Source of the DNA: a virus
Virus genome (UHGV): UHGV-0125022
Length of the DNA stretch: 18,842 bases
Direction: 5' to 3' (one strand)
In this document: in pieces, positions 13,951 through 18,842 of the stretch
Layout: every line of letters begins with the position of its first letter
How positions within the stretch are numbered: position 1 is the first letter of the stretch
Position numbers and translations under genes: made by a program
Notes under the pieces: generated by a model
The model's input: only the letters and a program-made list of their open reading frames with translations
Told to the model about the DNA's origin: nothing
The model's database searches: none

Positions 13951-14571
13951 ATGAACAGACCACACCCACCAGCGCATTTTACGATGCCACCTGACCCGAA
14001 GCCGTACATCAGCATTATGCCCGCTAATGACGTTGGCGAGTGGCTGAATCAGCACATCCTGAGCGATGAGGGTGACCTCTACAACCATGACCACCAGCAT
14101 TTGCTTGAAGCGGATCTGTGCTTTCTCTGGGCATCGAACGCTTTCGAGAAGAAAGGGCGTTCCGTGCTGGGGCAGGCGGAAGAAGTGGCAATGCGGGCCG
14201 GAGGCTGGCAGAAAGCGCGGATGGAGCAGCAGATGTATGAATGGTTCGGCAGGGTGCCGCAGTTCATCATCACGCTGGCCGCCGATTACTGCTCGCAATG
14301 TTCCGATCTGGAATTCTGCGCGCTGATAGAGCACGAGCTTTATCACATCTGCCAAGCGACAGATGAATTTGGTGCGCCGAAGTTCACGCAGGAAGGGCAG
14401 CCAAAGCTGAAGCTGCGCGGCCATGACGTGGAAGAGTTTGTGGGCGTGGTTCGCCGTTACGGTGCAAGCCGGGACGTGCAGGAAATGATTGATGCGGCGA
14501 ATCAGCCAGCGGAGGTTGCTCATCTCGATATTGCCAGAGCGTGCGGGACGTGCATGTTAAAGCTGGCGTGA
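13951..14571 (+). CDS. Hypothetical protein with HExxH motif (putative zinc metallopeptidase-like)
   Basis: IEHELYHICQ contains HExxH. ORF track starts at a TTG at 13915; first ATG is 13951 with a weak Shine-Dalgarno. Confidence 0.55.
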   Translation: MNRPHPPAHFTMPPDPKPYISIMPANDVGEWLNQHILSDEGDLYNHDHQHLLEADLCFLWASNAFEKKGRSVLGQAEEVAMRAGGWQKARMEQQMYEWFGRVPQFIITLAADYCSQCSDLEFCALIEHELYHICQATDEFGAPKFTQEGQPKLKLRGHDVEEFVGVVRRYGASRDVQEMIDAANQPAEVAHLDIARACGTCMLKLA

Positions 14572-14602
14572 ATTCTAGACTGGTATGGACGGATGGTGAA
14601 AT

Positions 14603-15076
14603 ATGGCTGCTTTAAAACCGGAAGTAAAAGCCTTCATCATTCAATCGCTTGCGTGCTTTGATACTCCTTCTCAAGTTGTCGAATCCGTCAAGAAAGAGTT
14701 TGGGTTAACTATTTCTCGCCAGCAAGCCGAAGCACACGACCCAACCAAGGCTAGTAGCAAAGGTTTAGCCAAAAAGTGGATCGAGATGTTCCACGCGACG
14801 CGCAAACGGTTCCTGACCGAAACCAGCGACATTCCGATCGCGAACAAATCCTATCGCCTCCGCGTGCTTGACCGTATGGCAACCAAAACCGAGGGGATGA
14901 AAAACTTCTCCCTGACGGCGCAGCTCATTGAGCAGGCCGCGAAAGAGGTTGGCGATGCATACACCAATAAGCTGAAGGTTGAGAGCACTGGCAAGGATGG
15001 CGGCCCGATCAAGACCGAGACGACCAACCTCACCGCAGATCAGGCCGCAGAGATTTACCGCAAGATGATGGGGTGA
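14603..15076 (+). CDS. Putative terminase small subunit (DUF2280-like)
   Basis: 157-aa protein immediately upstream of, and overlapping, the large terminase. Basic N-terminal region. Assignment is mainly positional. Confidence 0.6.
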   Translation: MAALKPEVKAFIIQSLACFDTPSQVVESVKKEFGLTISRQQAEAHDPTKASSKGLAKKWIEMFHATRKRFLTETSDIPIANKSYRLRVLDRMATKTEGMKNFSLTAQLIEQAAKEVGDAYTNKLKVESTGKDGGPIKTETTNLTADQAAEIYRKMMG

Positions 15077-16701
15077 TCATGCCTCTTCCGTTTGAATTCG
15101 ATTTCAGAAACCCTGATTACCAGATGGTTTTTGAATGGCGGATGGAGCGCTTACAGCGCATTCGCCAGAACCCTGAAATGCTGCCAGCGCTAAAGCAGTT
15201 TTACCGCACCAACCCGGCACAGTTCATCATCGACTGGGGGATGACTACTGACCCGCGTAACATCGATTATGGCCTGCCGGTCACCATCCCTTTTCTGCTG
15301 TTCCCGAAACAGGAAGAGTGGATTCACTGGATCATGGAGCGGCGCGAACGACTGGAGAACGGCATCACCGAAAAGAGCCGCGAAATGGGGCTCAGCTGGA
15401 CGGCGATCGGGCTGGCCTGTTCGCTCTGCCTCTTCAACAAAGAAATGGTCATCGGCTTCGGCTCCCGTAAAGAGGAATACGTCGACAGCACCGGAGACCC
15501 GAAGGCGCTGTTCTGGAAGGCGCGCAAGTTCGTGGAAACGCTGCCCATCGAGTTTCGTGGTTCGTGGGACGAGAAGAAGCATGCGCCGTATATGCGCGTT
15601 GAGTTTCCCGATACTGGCGCGGTTATCAAAGGCGAGGCTGGCGACAATATCGGACGTGGTGACCGTACCACGCTCTACCTGGTGGATGAAGCTGCATTCC
15701 TCCAGCGTCCTCTGTTGATTGATGCGGCGCTGTCGCAAACCACCCGTTGCCGTATTGACCTGAGCTCGGTTAATGGCATGGCGAACCCGTTCGCGCAGAA
15801 GCGCCACGGCGGAAAAATACCAGTATTCACGTTCCACTGGCGGGATGATCCTCGCAAGGATGAAGAGTGGTATCGCAGGGAGTGCGAGAAAATCGACAAT
15901 CCGGTGGTGGTGGCGCAGGAACTTGACCTGAACTACAGCGCATCTGCGGAAGGCGTCCTGATCCCGTCCGACTGGGTACAGGCTGCCGTCGACGCGCATA
16001 TCAAACTTGGTATTCAGCCAACGGGCAAGCGACTGGGCGCGATGGACGTCGCCGACGAAGGCCGGGACAAAAACGCCTTTTCGACCCGTCACGGCTTCCT
16101 TCTGGAGAACGTGCGTGAATGGTCCGGCGTTGGCAGCGACATTTACCAGTCCGTTGAGAAGGTCTTCGGCTTTTGCGAACAGGACAACCTCGAAGAATTT
16201 CGCTTCGACGAGGACGGCCTGGGCGCTGGCGTTCGCGGCGATGCACGCGCCATCAACGAACTGCGTAACGCTGCGCGCCGACCGTCAATACTCGCCACAC
16301 CGTTTCGCGGTAGCGGCGCGGTGTTTGATCCGGACGACGAAGCGGTGCGCGGCGACAACGGACAGGCCGCCCGCCTGAATAAGGACTTCTTCGCTAACGC
16401 CAAGGCCCAGAGCTGGTGGCATTTACGCAAGCTTTTCCAGAACACCTATCGCGCCGTGGTTGAGGGCATGGCCTACAACCCGGACGAAATCATCTCAATC
16501 AGCAGCGCCATGGCGAGCAAAGACAAACTCATCATCGAGCTGTCGCAGCCGACCTACTCCATTAATGGCGTGGGGAAAATCGTTGTTGATAAACAGCCTG
16601 ATGGCACCAAGTCGCCGAACCTCGCCGACTCGGTGATGATCAGCTACGCGCCAATGAATTCAGCCCTGAACATCTGGGAGCTGCTAGGGAGACAGGCCTG
16701 A
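15073..16701 (+). CDS. Terminase large subunit
   Basis: 542 aa. ATPase-like segment then LYLVDEAAF (Walker B-like). Size and position before the portal. Start is GTG 15073 or ATG 15079. Confidence 0.85.
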   Translation: MIMPLPFEFDFRNPDYQMVFEWRMERLQRIRQNPEMLPALKQFYRTNPAQFIIDWGMTTDPRNIDYGLPVTIPFLLFPKQEEWIHWIMERRERLENGITEKSREMGLSWTAIGLACSLCLFNKEMVIGFGSRKEEYVDSTGDPKALFWKARKFVETLPIEFRGSWDEKKHAPYMRVEFPDTGAVIKGEAGDNIGRGDRTTLYLVDEAAFLQRPLLIDAALSQTTRCRIDLSSVNGMANPFAQKRHGGKIPVFTFHWRDDPRKDEEWYRRECEKIDNPVVVAQELDLNYSASAEGVLIPSDWVQAAVDAHIKLGIQPTGKRLGAMDVADEGRDKNAFSTRHGFLLENVREWSGVGSDIYQSVEKVFGFCEQDNLEEFRFDEDGLGAGVRGDARAINELRNAARRPSILATPFRGSGAVFDPDDEAVRGDNGQAARLNKDFFANAKAQSWWHLRKLFQNTYRAVVEGMAYNPDEIISISSAMASKDKLIIELSQPTYSINGVGKIVVDKQPDGTKSPNLADSVMISYAPMNSALNIWELLGRQA

Positions 16702-18170
16702 TGGCACGAAACAAGCAATCCTCTCAGCGAACGGCACAGCCCACCGCTGACGGCTACGAGAACTTCGTCGCCCGCGTTGGGATGCAGACGCCTAACCAGC
16801 ATTCAGCATCGACCTACCGGGCGAACTCCACCAGCCGCAACCGCATGCTGGTGGAATGGTCATATCGCGGTTCGTGGGTTATCGGTGAAGCGGTCGACGC
16901 TATCCCGGACGATATGACCCGAAAGGGCATTCGCATCACTTCGGAGATTGACGCCAAAGACCGTGGCACCCTCGAAGCGCAACTGGATGAGTTGCAGATC
17001 TGGGATGCGCTGAACGACGTGCTGAAATGGTCGCGCCTCTACGGCGGCGCGGTCGGCTTCATCATGATCGAGGGGCAAGCACCAATGACCCCGCTGCGAC
17101 TCGAAACCATTGGCGAGGGCAAGTTTAAGGGCATTCTCCCGCTCGACCGCTGGATGATTAACCCGGTGCTGACACGCCGCATTAAAGAGATGGGGCCGGA
17201 CCTCGGCAAGCCTGAGTTTTACGACGTGGTGACCACCGCAACGGGCATTCCGGCCTGGCGCATCCATCACAGCCGCCTGATCCGCTTTGATGGCGTCACG
17301 CTGCCATTCCAGCAGAAGATGACCGAAAACGAATGGGGAATGTCGGTTGTAGAGCGTATCTGGGATCGGCTTACTGCGTTCGATAGCGCTACTGTCGGCG
17401 CGGCGCAGCTGGTCTATAAAGCGCATCTGCGTACCTATAGCGTGGAGAAGTTGCGCGAGCTTATCGCGCTTGGAGGCCCGGCGTTCGAAGCGTTGCTGAA
17501 GAACATCGACCTGATCCGCCAGTTCCAGAGCAATGAAGGTATGACGCTCATGGACTCGCGGGATAAGTTCGAAACCCACCAGTACAGCTTTAGTGGTCTG
17601 GATGACATTCTTTCGCAGTTTGCTGAGCAGATCAGCGGTGCCGTTGGTATCCCGCTGGTACGCCTGTTCGGTCAATCCCCGAAAGGCTTCTCTACTGGTG
17701 ATGCAGACCTCGCCAACTATTACGACCGGGTGAGCTCATTGCAGGAGCGCCGCTTACGGCTGCCGATGCGCCGGATACTGGACATTATGCACCGCTCGGA
17801 ACTCGGAAAGCCGCTGCCGGAAGATTTCACGTTTGAGTTTAACCCGCTATGGCAAATGTCAGACGTTGACCGATCAACGGTGGCCGTAAACACCACCAAC
17901 GCGATCAGTACCGCGCTGGGCGACGGATTGATGACGCGTAAGGCGGCGATGACCGACCTGCGCGAAAACTCTGACGTCACCGGCATCGGGGCATCCATTA
18001 CCGACGAGGATATCGAGAATGCCGAAGACGAAGCGCCGCCAGGCATCGGCGAACTTGGCGACAAACCGCCAGAGTCGCCAGGCGGAGATCCGATATCGAA
18101 CGAGCCTACGGCAGATAGCGCGGGCGGTCGGGGATATCGTAAATGGGCGCTACGATGGTTCAAACGATAG
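16701..18170 (+). CDS. Portal protein
   Basis: 489-aa protein directly after terL (ATGA overlap), with an acidic C-terminal tail. Position and size typical of portal. Confidence 0.8.
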   Translation: MARNKQSSQRTAQPTADGYENFVARVGMQTPNQHSASTYRANSTSRNRMLVEWSYRGSWVIGEAVDAIPDDMTRKGIRITSEIDAKDRGTLEAQLDELQIWDALNDVLKWSRLYGGAVGFIMIEGQAPMTPLRLETIGEGKFKGILPLDRWMINPVLTRRIKEMGPDLGKPEFYDVVTTATGIPAWRIHHSRLIRFDGVTLPFQQKMTENEWGMSVVERIWDRLTAFDSATVGAAQLVYKAHLRTYSVEKLRELIALGGPAFEALLKNIDLIRQFQSNEGMTLMDSRDKFETHQYSFSGLDDILSQFAEQISGAVGIPLVRLFGQSPKGFSTGDADLANYYDRVSSLQERRLRLPMRRILDIMHRSELGKPLPEDFTFEFNPLWQMSDVDRSTVAVNTTNAISTALGDGLMTRKAAMTDLRENSDVTGIGASITDEDIENAEDEAPPGIGELGDKPPESPGGDPISNEPTADSAGGRGYRKWALRWFKR

Positions 18171-18183
18171 CGTCACCGAAATA

Positions 18184-18792
18184 ATGGATGCGCTGGAGCG
18201 CTACAGCGAAATCATCACCCCCTGGGCGACGAAGGTTGCTGAGAACTTCACCGCAGACATAGCGCGCCAGAATGAAAAGCAGTGGCGTCAGCACAGCCGG
18301 AACATCAGCGCAGAGCTGCGCAACATGGTTGACCGCGCCCCGGTAGGCCAGGTGATGAAATCCATCGTCGCCGAGCAAATTAAGTACATCAAATCTCTGC
18401 CTCTTGAGGCCGCCGATCGGGTGTATGACATTCAGAACAAGGCCATCGAGGCTGTAGTAACTGGTGGCCGCGCTGAGCCATTCGCGAAAGAGATAGCTGC
18501 TTCCGGTGACGTGTCACGCTCACGAGCGAACCTTATCGCCCGGACTGAGCTTGGGCGCGCAACCGGCGCGCTGGATCAGGCGCGTGCGCTGTCAATCGGC
18601 TCGAATGGTTATATCTGGCGTACAGCCGAAGATGGCGACGTCCGGCATTCTCATCGAGAGATGGAAGGGAAGTTTGTCGAATGGGGCCGACCTCCAACGC
18701 TTGACGGCATGACCGGTCACGCTGGCGAGCTCCCGAACTGCCGCTGTTACAAAGAAATCGTCTTCCCCAACCCTCATTCTTATCTCGCCTGA
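18184..18792 (+). CDS. Head morphogenesis protein (Mu gpF / SPP1 gp7 family)
   Basis: C-terminal motifs IARTELGRA ... HSHREMEG ... LPNCRC are typical of the Mu F family. First ATG after the portal stop is 18184; the ORF track extends in frame back to 18019. Confidence 0.7.
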   Translation: MDALERYSEIITPWATKVAENFTADIARQNEKQWRQHSRNISAELRNMVDRAPVGQVMKSIVAEQIKYIKSLPLEAADRVYDIQNKAIEAVVTGGRAEPFAKEIAASGDVSRSRANLIARTELGRATGALDQARALSIGSNGYIWRTAEDGDVRHSHREMEGKFVEWGRPPTLDGMTGHAGELPNCRCYKEIVFPNPHSYLA

Positions 18793-18806
18793 ATCGCAGG
18801 TAAACC

Positions 18807-18842
18807 ATGAAATATTTTTTCAATACCCGGCTGGGGGAAACC
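18807..18842 (+). CDS. Start of a further head-region ORF (MKYFFNTRLGET...), truncated by the window end
   Basis: ATG at 18807 with an AGG-rich stretch upstream. Only 12 codons visible. Confidence 0.3.
   Translation, partial: MKYFFNTRLGET

Noticed and set aside
15190-16445. Multiple long ORFs on the minus strand and in alternative plus frames inside terL (for example 15190..16092 minus at 300 aa, 15269..15718, 16007..16378, 16143..16445)
   Set aside because: They lie antisense to or out of frame with a well-supported terminase gene in GC-rich DNA, where spurious ORFs are expected. Their translations are low-complexity and Arg/Ser/Pro-rich.
16860-18163. Minus-strand ORFs 16860..17675 (271 aa) and 17720..18163 inside the portal gene
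   Set aside because: Antisense to the portal coding sequence in GC-rich DNA, with no Shine-Dalgarno context and biased composition.
18019-18183. Extended N-terminus of the head morphogenesis ORF reaching back to 18019
   Set aside because: It would overlap the portal gene by about 150 nt. The first ATG after the portal stop (18184) is the more parsimonious start, although an upstream start cannot be excluded without homologue alignment.
1-18842. CRISPR arrays, insertion sequences, transposases, integrase or att sites
   Set aside because: No spaced direct-repeat arrays, no terminal inverted repeats flanking a transposase-like ORF, and no integrase-like ORF. The window appears to lie entirely inside the prophage.

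Overview
This window is a lambdoid (lambda/P22-mosaic) enterobacterial prophage segment running from the leftward early operon through the immunity, replication, nin, late-control and lysis regions into the start of the head-packaging genes. Calls rest on reading the ORF translations, recalled family hallmarks and motifs read directly from the DNA; no database search was run. Gene order: leftward pL operon (N antiterminator plus four small ORFs, 50-1530, minus strand), a cI repressor operon on the minus strand (cI 3738-4442, then two translationally coupled cargo genes 3059-3538 and 2130-3062 ending at a strong terminator), then rightward cro, nutR, cII, O with in-gene ori iterons, a DnaC-type helicase loader, ren, a tR2-like terminator, ninB, ninE, ninF, a Rha/KilA-C antirepressor, a ybcO-like gene, rusA, ninH, Q, pR'/tR', a convergent minus-strand cargo gene, S-R-Rz/Rz1, a second Rha-domain gene, an HExxH protein, terS, terL, portal and a Mu-F-like head morphogenesis gene. 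The strongest candidate for an undescribed system is the AT-rich two-gene module in the slot lambda uses for rexAB, immediately downstream of cI: a 159-aa protein with a textbook minimal-nucleotidyltransferase motif (GS-x9-DxD) coupled to a 310-aa protein with no motif I can recognise. Secondary candidates are the zinc-ribbon cargo gene between pR' and the holin, and the Rha plus HExxH pair between lysis and terminase. No tRNA, rRNA, CRISPR array, transposase or integrase was seen.
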